From an uncultured Gammaproteobacteria bacterium (GTDB lineage: Bacteria > Patescibacteriota > Microgenomatia > JALYQM01): a DNA stretch of 64,000 nucleotides. The translations under genes were made by a program, and so were the position numbers. Positions 1 to 9,309 of the stretch are shown here, in pieces. The stretch lies in NCBI GenBank assembly GCA_964525495.1, contig CAZGHS010000001.1:102263-166262 (forward strand), written 5' to 3'. Below the pieces are notes generated by a model that searched no databases, was not told the DNA's origin, and was given only the letters and a program-made list of their open reading frames with translations. Numbering within the stretch: the first letter of the stretch is position 1; each line of letters begins with the position of its first letter.

Positions 1-115
1 TTAATCAATATACGGAATAATTTTGAACTTTGCAAGAGGTTATCCACAATTTGTTATAGTTATTTAATTAGGAATAGTTGTTTAATTCTGGCAGTCAAAA
101 ATTTGAGTGATAAGT

Positions 116-739
116 CTAACCGAGGTGCGCATGGTCATTCCACGTAATCAATTTCCAACTCCCCTTCTCATCCACCTCACACAGCGTAATCCCGGTATTA
201 TTCGTAGTCAAAAAATATGAAATATTCAAATGCATATCAGGTACCAGCGCATCCCCAAGCATCATCACACCTATTAACATCCTCAGAAAAGTTCCATGCG
301 TCACCACCAGCATCTTCTCACACTCCTGATGTCGCAAATATTCTAACGCCCGTATCGCCCGATTCCGCACATCAAAAAAATTCTCCTCATCGCTATAATG
401 CCAGTTCTCTTCAGATCGATGCGATCGCATCTCGTGACGTACAGCCAAAACATCATCCGAATCAGTCTTCTTCCCAATTATTTCAGAAGGGATCACCGCT
501 TCTTTCAGCAATTCCGTAAAAACTACTTCCTTCTTCGCTACTTTATTAATTATCAAAGCAGTCTGTTCAGCCCGCAGATAATGACTAGATAAGATCACAT
601 CAATATCAATTTTCTTAAACCGTTTAGCAACTGTCCGCGCCTGGATCATTCCCGTCTCAGTCAAACCCACTTCCGGAACATCATGAATCCTGGACACATT
701 ACTGTGACTCTCGGCATGTCGGACAAAATATACTTTCAT
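116..739 (-). CDS. histidine phosphatase superfamily protein (phosphoglycerate-mutase-like)
   Basis: 207-aa ORF; N-terminal VRHAES (RHG-type catalytic His motif) and a downstream conserved His (VVTHGTF), typical of branch-1 histidine phosphatases. Confidence 0.7.
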   Translation of the reverse strand: MKVYFVRHAESHSNVSRIHDVPEVGLTETGMIQARTVAKRFKKIDIDVILSSHYLRAEQTALIINKVAKKEVVFTELLKEAVIPSEIIGKKTDSDDVLAVRHEMRSHRSEENWHYSDEENFFDVRNRAIRALEYLRHQECEKMLVVTHGTFLRMLIGVMMLGDALVPDMHLNISYFLTTNNTGITLCEVDEKGSWKLITWNDHAHLG

Positions 740-740
740 A

Positions 741-1214
741 CTAATCTTCTTTCACTAAGAGCATTTTCTGCTCCACAAATCCCAAACGTTTATACAGTCG
801 CAACGCATCAGGATTCTGTACATCACAACTTATCTCAATATATTTCACACCTTGTTGTGTAAAGCACTCACACAATGACTCTATTAACTTCGTACCAATC
901 CGCTTTCCCCGCTTATCTTCAGCAACAAAAATATTATCCACCTTACCCACACGATCTACAGACAGCTGCGGATTTCGGCGAACAATATATCCACTCACAA
1001 AACCGCAAATCTCTCCGTTTATCTCTGCAACAAAAAACAAACACTCACGCGCCATCAAATCATGCACATGAGCAAGCAATTGCTCCTCTCCATCCTGTTT
1101 AACCGAATAATATGCATGAAACGGTTCGTGATGCAAGCTCAGCTTATACCAGAGTTTGGCGACTGGCTCAATATCACTCTCCTGTATACGTCGAACAATA
1201 AGATTTTCTATCAT
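741..1214 (-). CDS. GNAT family N-acetyltransferase
   Basis: 157 aa; acetyl-CoA binding motif region (NIFVAEDKRGKRIGTKLIE ... LRLYKRLGF) characteristic of GNAT fold. Confidence 0.75.
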   Translation of the reverse strand: MIENLIVRRIQESDIEPVAKLWYKLSLHHEPFHAYYSVKQDGEEQLLAHVHDLMARECLFFVAEINGEICGFVSGYIVRRNPQLSVDRVGKVDNIFVAEDKRGKRIGTKLIESLCECFTQQGVKYIEISCDVQNPDALRLYKRLGFVEQKMLLVKED

Positions 1215-1266
1215 TCTCTAATTATACCTGCTTTACCTATTTTCCCCTAGACTTTATCATAAACAC

Positions 1267-3378
1267 ATGGATATTCTGCCCCTTATCAAACCACGTTCCG
1301 TGGCGGTAATCGGTGCGTCTCGAGACAGTAAAAAAATCGGCGCACAGATTGTACACAATCTCGTCAAAGCCGGGTACGAAGGCATCATTTATCCCCTCAA
1401 TCCGAAAGCAGAAACAGTCCAAGGCATCCAAGCCTTTGCCAAAGTCAAAGATATCCAAGGTGAGATCGATCTCGTGGTCATCGCAATTCCTAAACAATTT
1501 GTTTCAGATGTCATCAGCGAATGTATCGAGAAAAAAGTCGGATCCATCATCATTATTAGTGCAGGTTTCAAAGAAATCGACAAAGAAGGTGCAGATCTCG
1601 AACGAGACATTGCCCGCAAATGCAAAAAAGCAGATATTCCTCTCTTGGGACCAAATTGTCTGGGTATCATCAATCCGACTATCAAGCTCAATGCTTCATT
1701 CACAGCACAAATGCCGCCTGTCGGACCAATCACTTTTATATCCCAATCAGGAGCATTTGGCACCGCAGCTATCGACTGGGCAGCCAAACACCAGCTCGGG
1801 TTCAATTTATTTGCATCGCTCGGCAACAAAGCCTTATTAAATGAAAACCATTTCCTACAGACTGTGCAATCCGGCACCAAAGCAGTAGCTATGTATCTGG
1901 AGGATATCGCAGACGGTGCACAATTTCTCGACCACGCGTCATCGCTCTCACAAAACACACCGGTCATATTGCTTAAACCAGGCAAAAGCAAAAACGCCCA
2001 AGAAGCAGCCAAATCTCACACTGGTGCACTGACAGGTTCAGACAGTGTTGTCTCAACTGCCTGTAAACAAGCTGGCATTATACGCGCACAAAACTCACAA
2101 GAACTGTTCGACTTGATCAAAGCATTCTCTTTCCTCGGGGAACTAAAAGGCAACAAAATTGCCATTATCACCAACGCAGGTGGACCAAGCATCATGGCCA
2201 CAGACGCACTAGATGAAGAAGGGCTCGAACTCGCATCACTCCCAGAGCAAACACAAAACATGCTGCGCCAATATTTGCCGCGTGAATCAAATGTCCACGA
2301 TCCAATAGATCTCATCGGCGACGCTAAAGCCGACCGCTACGACCACGCTCTCGAAATTGTACTAAATGAAAAAAATGTCGACGCCTGTCTGGTACTTCTC
2401 ACTCCACAATCATCAACCGAGATCGAACTCACCGCAGAACACATAGTCAAACACGCCAAAGCCAGCGGTAAGCCAGTCATAGCTTCCTTCATTGGTGGTG
2501 TGCATTTAGAAAAAGGTATCCGCATACTAAACACACACCAAATCCCCTGCTACGAATACCCCGAGCAAGCAGTCAAAGTGCTCGGCAAAGTCTGGCAATA
2601 TTACAGTTCTCGAAATAAAACACAAATCTCACCATCGCAAGCAACGGGATCATTTGTTCCGCACCCAGTGCAACAAAAAACTATCCAGACAGCTATCCAA
2701 GAAGGCCGTCACACACTCAGCCAGGAAGAAGCCGAGAGCTTACTGAAAGAAGTTGGCGTCCACACACCACAGCGCAAAAATGTTGATTCAGAAGAATCTG
2801 CATGGCAAGCAGCCCTCACACTCGGTACTCCTGTTGTAATGAAAATCTCATCACCGCAGATCGTACACAAAACAGAGTCACACGCAGTCGCACTTAACCT
2901 CATGCACGAAGAAGAAGTAACCGATGCGTACCAACGCCTCGAACTAATTCTCCAAAAAGCAGGCGGTCAGGGCACTATCTATGTCCAAAAACAAATTCCC
3001 AAAACCCTCGAGCTCCTCCTCGGTATGAAACGCGATCCTATCTTTGGTCCAGTCATAGTGTTCGGATACGGTGGAATTTATACAGAAATTTTCAAAGACG
3101 TCAGTTCACGCATCGCCCCACTCAGCCGCAACTCTGCATCAGAAATGATTCAGGAAACCAAAATTGCAAAGATTCTCGAAGGCTACAGAAACGAAGAAAA
3201 ACACGATCTCACACCACTCGTCCACGCACTCACTGGACTCGCCAACATTGCCAGATCATACCCAGAGATTCAAGAGATCGATCTCAACCCAATCGTCCTC
3301 TTCAACAACCAACCGATCACCCTCGATGCACGGGTAATTTTAAAAATCAGTAAAACACAAAATCAAGCAACCAGTTAA
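1267..3378 (+). CDS. acetyl-CoA synthetase (ADP-forming), fused alpha/beta (acetate--CoA ligase, ACD type)
   Basis: 703 aa; N-terminal CoA-binding Rossmann (KPRSVAVIGASRDSKKIG ... IDLVVIAIP ... ISAGFKE) plus succinyl-CoA-synthetase-like middle and C-terminal ATP-grasp (PVVMKISSPQIVHKTESHAV), matches archaeal ACD alpha and beta subunits in one polypeptide. Confidence 0.85.
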   Translation: MDILPLIKPRSVAVIGASRDSKKIGAQIVHNLVKAGYEGIIYPLNPKAETVQGIQAFAKVKDIQGEIDLVVIAIPKQFVSDVISECIEKKVGSIIIISAGFKEIDKEGADLERDIARKCKKADIPLLGPNCLGIINPTIKLNASFTAQMPPVGPITFISQSGAFGTAAIDWAAKHQLGFNLFASLGNKALLNENHFLQTVQSGTKAVAMYLEDIADGAQFLDHASSLSQNTPVILLKPGKSKNAQEAAKSHTGALTGSDSVVSTACKQAGIIRAQNSQELFDLIKAFSFLGELKGNKIAIITNAGGPSIMATDALDEEGLELASLPEQTQNMLRQYLPRESNVHDPIDLIGDAKADRYDHALEIVLNEKNVDACLVLLTPQSSTEIELTAEHIVKHAKASGKPVIASFIGGVHLEKGIRILNTHQIPCYEYPEQAVKVLGKVWQYYSSRNKTQISPSQATGSFVPHPVQQKTIQTAIQEGRHTLSQEEAESLLKEVGVHTPQRKNVDSEESAWQAALTLGTPVVMKISSPQIVHKTESHAVALNLMHEEEVTDAYQRLELILQKAGGQGTIYVQKQIPKTLELLLGMKRDPIFGPVIVFGYGGIYTEIFKDVSSRIAPLSRNSASEMIQETKIAKILEGYRNEEKHDLTPLVHALTGLANIARSYPEIQEIDLNPIVLFNNQPITLDARVILKISKTQNQATS

Positions 3379-3871
3379 ATAATATAAACAAATAACTATA
3401 CGGCAAAGTTGCAGCGCAGAACAAGTGGACTTTAGAGAAAGAAACAAAAAATTTCTTTAAAAATAAAAGTGCCGACACAAATGGCATAAATATAAAACTA
3501 GCTAGCATAAAGAAAGTAACCCAATTTGGCGTAAAGATTCTATATCCGCCACTATATGAAACGTGGCTTGATGGTACAAAAAACTTAGAAAGTAGATACG
3601 AAAGTATTAGAGCTAAAATCAGTCCTAAAATATAAGACCCCGTTGAAACCAATAACAATTTTCCAACAAACCGCCAATCTTTTTTACGAATAACCATCAC
3701 AATAATACACACAATACTTACTAAAACCAAAATCAGCATTGCGGAGTTTAGAAGTTCAAAATATCCTATTGCTGGATCCGCAATACGATAGGAAAGCGAA
3801 GTATTAGAAATAGCCGAATCCGTCGCGCGAAGTTGAAAACTTGTAGCTCTTATAGCAAGTTCATTATTCAT
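3347..3871 (-). CDS. hypothetical membrane protein (about 4 TM)
   Basis: ORF 3347..3946 trimmed to internal Met to avoid overlap with divergent gene at 3900; strongly hydrophobic segments; no recognisable family. Confidence 0.35.
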   Translation of the reverse strand: MNNELAIRATSFQLRATDSAISNTSLSYRIADPAIGYFELLNSAMLILVLVSIVCIIVMVIRKKDWRFVGKLLLVSTGSYILGLILALILSYLLSKFFVPSSHVSYSGGYRIFTPNWVTFFMLASFIFMPFVSALLFLKKFFVSFSKVHLFCAATLPYSYLFILFNWLLDFVFY

Positions 3872-3899
3872 ATATCTGCTTTTAGTATATACTTGAACC

Positions 3900-4928
3900 A
3901 TGAAGAGTAAATACTCTACCAAAGAATTAGTCCTCATAATAGCCATACTCGCAGTAAGCTCTATCTCAACATTCGTTGCAGGCTATTTCATCAACGACCT
4001 CCTCCATCCAACAATTCCAAACACATCACCCCAAGCATCAACTGACCCTAACACCCCGTCTACAAACCTTAACTCTTTCTTGCCCGACAAACACTACATG
4101 CTCGATACGATCATGGTCATAAATAAAGAAGAACCACACGAAACACTCGTCGCAAGCGTAGGCAGGGCCCAAGGCAATATACGATACAATCAAAATACGC
4201 GTGTCAGCTATTTCGACGGCAAAAACTGGATGCGCGAAATCCGCGACGACAGCAACGACTCTCTCTCCATATTCAGCAACAATATAGTCAAAAAATGGAA
4301 AATAGACATCAACCCAACACGAGTTCTCAAGGAAAAAGTAACTGGACAAATCACTATCAAAAATAACCAGGTAGATTTCGCTACGCAAGAATTCCAAAAC
4401 GAAATTGGTATGCGCAGTCTCCCAGGATATACCAAATTCATGTCGCGGACCGATGGAACAATACAAACAAATGGCAAAACCAGCGATGCATACGTTCTAT
4501 ACACGCGCATCTTCTCTCTCAATGCCTCAGATATTCAGTTCTACGGAGTGCCACTTGGAGTTACGACCGAATGGCTTGGATTTTGGGACACCAAAAATAA
4601 TTTTTATCATATTGATAAAACCAACGTGGTTCGAAAAACAGATATCTACGAATCTCACGAAATCGGAGTCAAAGTCGATCCCAACACCACCGTTTCCAAA
4701 ACTTTCTCAATTAGCTCACAGCGAGATAACAACAATGATCCTAAACAATTCACTTTCGGATTCGGAAACCCTATCAACGACACCATCAAAGTAAACCGTC
4801 TGAACATGAACAACAAAGCCCCTACTCCACTCACCATCTGGCAGATGTCCCAAGTCTCAGGCACAGTCACTACACCACAAGGCGAAACCATAAAAGGTTT
4901 TGGATTATTGGAATATATTAAAGACTAG
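3900..4928 (+). CDS. hypothetical exported protein with N-terminal signal-anchor
   Basis: 342 aa; N-terminal TM (LVLIIAILAVSSISTFVAGYFI) followed by Thr/Asn-rich soluble region; no family recognised. Confidence 0.5.
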   Translation: MKSKYSTKELVLIIAILAVSSISTFVAGYFINDLLHPTIPNTSPQASTDPNTPSTNLNSFLPDKHYMLDTIMVINKEEPHETLVASVGRAQGNIRYNQNTRVSYFDGKNWMREIRDDSNDSLSIFSNNIVKKWKIDINPTRVLKEKVTGQITIKNNQVDFATQEFQNEIGMRSLPGYTKFMSRTDGTIQTNGKTSDAYVLYTRIFSLNASDIQFYGVPLGVTTEWLGFWDTKNNFYHIDKTNVVRKTDIYESHEIGVKVDPNTTVSKTFSISSQRDNNNDPKQFTFGFGNPINDTIKVNRLNMNNKAPTPLTIWQMSQVSGTVTTPQGETIKGFGLLEYIKD

Positions 4929-5099
4929 AGTTATTTAAGCCGCTGAAGAAATATTTTAAAATTGACCTTCTTTGACATACAATTTGTCAAAGCAGAGTTT
5001 CTACGCGCATATGTTGCGCGAAACGCGCCTTGGCTGAAAGCCATAAGTACTCTTGGAGTGTGTCAATGTAAAATATTTCAAAAGAAGGCTTAAACGTAT

Positions 5100-5393
5100 T
5101 TAAAACAGCGGCCGCTCTGGATGAATCATCTTCAGCACCACACCTACACACACTGCAATTATCACAAGCACAACAACCGCATACCCAATTCCCTTCCATA
5201 TAGATTTCTTACTCATCCGACTCCACAGCGCTCCTGCACCTAAAGCAGGAACAGAAAACCCCGCTATCAACACAGCTAAGATCTTTGCAATCGGAATAAG
5301 TATCAGAGCAGGAAGGAATATGATTCCATACGAGTTTTCAGGTACAATAAAAGCAATACAGAGAAACGCAATCGCAAACACGAGGGAATACAT
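5100..5393 (-). CDS. hypothetical small membrane protein
   Basis: 97 aa, two hydrophobic helices; abuts start of divergent gene with zero spacer, so real status uncertain. Confidence 0.3.
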   Translation of the reverse strand: MYSLVFAIAFLCIAFIVPENSYGIIFLPALILIPIAKILAVLIAGFSVPALGAGALWSRMSKKSIWKGIGYAVVVLVIIAVCVGVVLKMIHPERPLF

Positions 5394-6743
5394 ATGGATA
5401 ATTATAAACTATACACCGGCGGATTAGCAGAGACTGTTCCCAATCCCTCACTACTCACATACTCCTTTCTCAAGCACTGGTTCAACACTAACAACAGCCT
5501 TGGCCGAGCATTAGATATTCTTCAATTACCACACCTCAAGTCCGACGAACCAATCATCACGCGCATAGACACCCAACTATATATCGATCTCCAAAAAGAA
5601 GAATCGGTACTCTATCGACCAACCATATTTGCATACAAAAACAGTTCAAACCCATCTCTCACTCCCCAACTAACTATCAGTCCGCTCAAAATATTTTCCA
5701 TCAAAAACTTGAGCAACACACTCAAAATTCTCACCAAACAATCCGAGTGGATCGCCCATCCTGAAAAAGTAATTCAAAAAGCACAAGAACTCGACCAAGC
5801 AGTCTCACCCGTAGTTCAACCTTCCAACGAAAAAACTGACCAATATCTTTCAGAAGTAGCTTGGCCGCACACCATAGCCATCGGCATGCTCGCTGAGTTC
5901 TATACTCATCTCCTCAACTCATACAAATTGCCAACAGAAGCCAAAGAAAAAATCACACAATATATTACACAACAAACATCTCACACCGATTGGATTATTC
6001 AGTCGTTACGAGACATGGCAAAAGTTAAATCAGGCGAGTTCGCCCTAAATCAATATATGCACGAATATGGTTTACGAGCAGACCAAGACTACGAACTCGC
6101 TACGCCTCGATGGATTGAACAACCAGACCTCATGCAACAACGAATCGACCAAAGCACGCGATTCTCTGAATCACCAACCATCGAATTATCTTTACCAGAA
6201 AATATTCAAAAAATAGTTGAAACAATTATCACACTACAAACACTCCGCACATCAATCCGCAAAAAAATGCTCCCGCATATTAATCAACTCAGACTTGCAG
6301 CGCTCAAAAAATACGGCCCTAAATACGATTTCAACACCACCACTCGCGAATTATTATTATTCAACCAATCCAACACCCAGACCGACGAGATTCCAATTAC
6401 TCAGCCAATCCTCACCTCTTACGAACAACAAGGAAAGGGTTTAGAAATATCGGCAGGTATTGTCCGAGCCAAAGTAAAACACATTACTAATTCACTAGAA
6501 GAAATTCCCGCGCAAACCATCTGCATTTTCCCCAATGCCAGTCCAGAATTTTCTATTCAGTTCCCAAAGGCCATGGGCATCATATTCCTCATCGGCGGAC
6601 AAACTTCCCACGGAGCAATAGTCACACGCGAATACAAAATCCCAGCACTCGCCGACGCAAACGCTAAAAACATCCCAGACAATACAGAAATAGAAATAAA
6701 CGGAACAACCGGAGATTGGAAAATTATTCCACCACGCAGTTAG
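5394..6743 (+). CDS. PEP-utilising-enzyme mobile (phosphohistidine) domain protein
   Basis: 449 aa; C-terminal GGQTSHGAIVTREYKIPAL matches the swivelling phospho-His domain of PEP synthase/PPDK/rifampin phosphotransferase; N-terminal 350 aa not recognised. Confidence 0.6.
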   Translation: MDNYKLYTGGLAETVPNPSLLTYSFLKHWFNTNNSLGRALDILQLPHLKSDEPIITRIDTQLYIDLQKEESVLYRPTIFAYKNSSNPSLTPQLTISPLKIFSIKNLSNTLKILTKQSEWIAHPEKVIQKAQELDQAVSPVVQPSNEKTDQYLSEVAWPHTIAIGMLAEFYTHLLNSYKLPTEAKEKITQYITQQTSHTDWIIQSLRDMAKVKSGEFALNQYMHEYGLRADQDYELATPRWIEQPDLMQQRIDQSTRFSESPTIELSLPENIQKIVETIITLQTLRTSIRKKMLPHINQLRLAALKKYGPKYDFNTTTRELLLFNQSNTQTDEIPITQPILTSYEQQGKGLEISAGIVRAKVKHITNSLEEIPAQTICIFPNASPEFSIQFPKAMGIIFLIGGQTSHGAIVTREYKIPALADANAKNIPDNTEIEINGTTGDWKIIPPRS

Positions 6744-7461
6744 TAAAAATCTTCACCTTTGGCAAATCTTTCCATAAACGCGCCGGTATCTCAGCAATCT
6801 TGCCTTCACCAAACGCGCGTTTTAACACAGCTTCTTTTTCAGCACCAGTCACGTACACAAAAGAATAATCTGCCTGCTCCAATGCAGCCAGCGTCAAAGT
6901 GATACGCTCGGGATATTGATTCTTATCACCCACATCATACCCAACTACAAATTGAGAAGTAGTAAGAAACGTTTCCTCAAAAAAGTTCATATCTTCAGGA
7001 TAAGGAAACATTCCCGCTGTATGCCCATCTGTACCCATACCCAAAAGTGAAATAATTACGCCTTCATGATCTTGAATATCTTCAATCAAATCTTTAATCT
7101 GTTCCTCATATCTATCAGCGACAGCAATCAAACCGTCCTTCACATCTCCTATGTCAACCAAAGTTGCACCCCGCTCCATAAACAATCGCGCTGACTCCAT
7201 CTCAGCAAAAGCTTTTGCATTCGAGTATTGAATATCCAAACGCTCATCCAGTGGAGCAAAAATTACCTGATGCAGATCGACATCCACTAGAGCTTCGTAC
7301 AAATACTGCATCACTTTCAAACCAGAACCACCCGAATATAAAACTAAAACAGGCTGAGATTCCGCACCACGTATAATCTGTGCAATATTCTGAGCACAAC
7401 GTCGCTGAACTTCCTGTTCGGATTCGAAGTAAAATAATTCCATATACTGAGTATACCGCAT
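6724..7461 (-). CDS. 6-phosphogluconolactonase / glucosamine-6-phosphate deaminase family protein
   Basis: 245 aa; LYSGGSGLKV ... FAPLDERL pattern of the NagB/6PGL sugar-phosphate isomerase fold. Confidence 0.6.
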   Translation of the reverse strand: MRYTQYMELFYFESEQEVQRRCAQNIAQIIRGAESQPVLVLYSGGSGLKVMQYLYEALVDVDLHQVIFAPLDERLDIQYSNAKAFAEMESARLFMERGATLVDIGDVKDGLIAVADRYEEQIKDLIEDIQDHEGVIISLLGMGTDGHTAGMFPYPEDMNFFEETFLTTSQFVVGYDVGDKNQYPERITLTLAALEQADYSFVYVTGAEKEAVLKRAFGEGKIAEIPARLWKDLPKVKIFTNCVVE

Positions 7462-9275
7462 TATGCGGCTGGCGGAGTTTCAGGAGTAGCACTACGCGCT
7501 TTATTGGTTACACGATAGTGCATATACTTTCCAAGCATCAAACGAGTCTGTGCATCAAGCGCTGGCAACGTTCCATACGTCAAAATCATAAACGGCACCA
7601 ACAACCACTGCAAAAACACAAATACATGCTGGTACCATTTCCAACCCTTAGGTCGTGGAGGAATAATTTTCTCATGCATATAGACAGTCAAAAACAAACT
7701 CAAGAATGCCAATGTCAAAATATACGATGAGATTTTAGGAAGATTCTGAGCAGCAGTAGTCTTATCAAACTCAGGATTAAAAATAGGAATGATCATACCA
7801 CCAAATGTCACAATCAATGCCAAAGTCGCCCATGATCCATACGACCACAACACGAAAAATAATTTACCGGTCTTATCCATAAAAGGCGTTTCAGGAGAAC
7901 GAAAATACGACTTCACAATAAACGGAATATGTTCCACACCATAAGCCCAACGTCGAAACTGCAAATACTGATTCTGTAGTGTCTTCACAAGCGTCACGTC
8001 CTGCACGGCGTCAGCAGAAATAGGCAAAAAGTGCGGTATTACTTTATAGTCACCGTTAAAATGATAATACGCTTTCCAATAGAATCCCGAGTCATCGTTA
8101 ACTTTATCCGGCATCCACAAACCTAGTTCCCACATTGATTTAAAACTCATAGTCAAAGAAGCAAAGTTAATATATTTGTCGCTGAAAGCCATTTCAGACA
8201 ATTGCCAAAAAGCAGTTGATACGGCAATTACACGCATAGGTGCCGGTGTCGTCCAATAATTATTGTTGTATAAAAACGCACCAGTAAACGATCTCTTATC
8301 TCGTTCGTGCACAGGCAAAGATAAATACGAACAGGTCGCAGCTGCAATGAACTGTGGATGCACTACAAAATCCGCATCAAGTGTCGTAACCAAAACATCT
8401 TGCAATGAGATACCAAGTTTATCAAGTTCTGCCTTAGCATTTCGTAAGGCAGTGTTTCTATTTGTGGCCGGCCCTTGCAACTCACCTTCCTTCAAACGAT
8501 TCACCGATACAAAAAACCCACCAATCTTATCACCGTACTTCGCCACCAAATATTCTGCATTCTTCGGACCAATCTCCTTATCTTTCTCTTCTAATCCAAG
8601 AGCAATATAAATCTTTTCTTTAGGATAATTTAACTCTGAAATCGCCTTAATATTTGGCTCTAACACTTCCAAACTCTCTTTGTACGTTGGAATCGCAAAC
8701 ACATGATACAAACGATCTACATCCTCTGGAAATTCTTCTTCCAGCTTTTTTCTCCAGTCTATCTGCTCCGCAGCTCGCATCTTCCGATACCCTACCACAA
8801 CAAATATCGCGATGCGCATTGCCTTAAAAAACCAAAACACGTTAGCAGCAATCACCAAGTACACCAGCATCGTAGGCAAACGAAGCGCCAATAAAATAGG
8901 CGAAGCCAAAACCAAATAAGTTAAAAATCCAGGTAAAATCTCCAATCCTCGATTAATCTGACGATGATAACGATGAGCTACCGACAACTCACGATCCTGC
9001 GAAACCAAAAAGCCTTTATAAAGAACATGGTGCACCACAATAGATAAACCAAATCCATAAAAAGCTAAAGGTAATAATGAAGAGAAGATAGGGTTAGAAC
9101 CACCCTGACCAAATATGCTAAAAAACACACCCAGTACCAGGATCATAGCCCCAAGATACGAGTAACGATAATCCCTCACCCGATCCTTCATACGCTCAAA
9201 AAGTCGCCGTATAAACAAATCTGTCAGGAAAAACCCTACAAAGAAAGTAAAAGTAAATACAAAAATTCCAGCCAT
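7461..9275 (-). CDS. integral-membrane processive family-2 glycosyltransferase (cellulose/hyaluronan-synthase-like)
   Basis: 604 aa; N-terminal and C-terminal TM bundles; central GT-A domain with TLDADF (DXD) and LQFRRW (QxxRW motif of processive beta-glycan synthases). Confidence 0.7.
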   Translation of the reverse strand: MAGIFVFTFTFFVGFFLTDLFIRRLFERMKDRVRDYRYSYLGAMILVLGVFFSIFGQGGSNPIFSSLLPLAFYGFGLSIVVHHVLYKGFLVSQDRELSVAHRYHRQINRGLEILPGFLTYLVLASPILLALRLPTMLVYLVIAANVFWFFKAMRIAIFVVVGYRKMRAAEQIDWRKKLEEEFPEDVDRLYHVFAIPTYKESLEVLEPNIKAISELNYPKEKIYIALGLEEKDKEIGPKNAEYLVAKYGDKIGGFFVSVNRLKEGELQGPATNRNTALRNAKAELDKLGISLQDVLVTTLDADFVVHPQFIAAATCSYLSLPVHERDKRSFTGAFLYNNNYWTTPAPMRVIAVSTAFWQLSEMAFSDKYINFASLTMSFKSMWELGLWMPDKVNDDSGFYWKAYYHFNGDYKVIPHFLPISADAVQDVTLVKTLQNQYLQFRRWAYGVEHIPFIVKSYFRSPETPFMDKTGKLFFVLWSYGSWATLALIVTFGGMIIPIFNPEFDKTTAAQNLPKISSYILTLAFLSLFLTVYMHEKIIPPRPKGWKWYQHVFVFLQWLLVPFMILTYGTLPALDAQTRLMLGKYMHYRVTNKARSATPETPPAA

Positions 9276-9309
9276 AAATCAACTTACGTAAGGGACATTA
9301 TACCAAATT

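Noticed and set aside
1313-2534. Multiple 60-200-aa ORFs inside the acetyl-CoA synthetase gene (both strands)
   Set aside because: They are fully embedded in a strongly supported 703-aa CDS and are typical alternate-frame artefacts.
4929-5100. Hairpins (ctttgaca...tgtcaaag; cgcgca...tgcgcg) as confident terminators
   Set aside because: The stems are present but no adjacent U-tract is convincing on either strand. They are at most weak bidirectional terminator candidates.
7244-7730. Overlapping 82-aa and 116-aa ORFs at the GT2/6PGL junction
   Set aside because: They lie antisense to or out of frame with two well-supported genes and have low-complexity translations.
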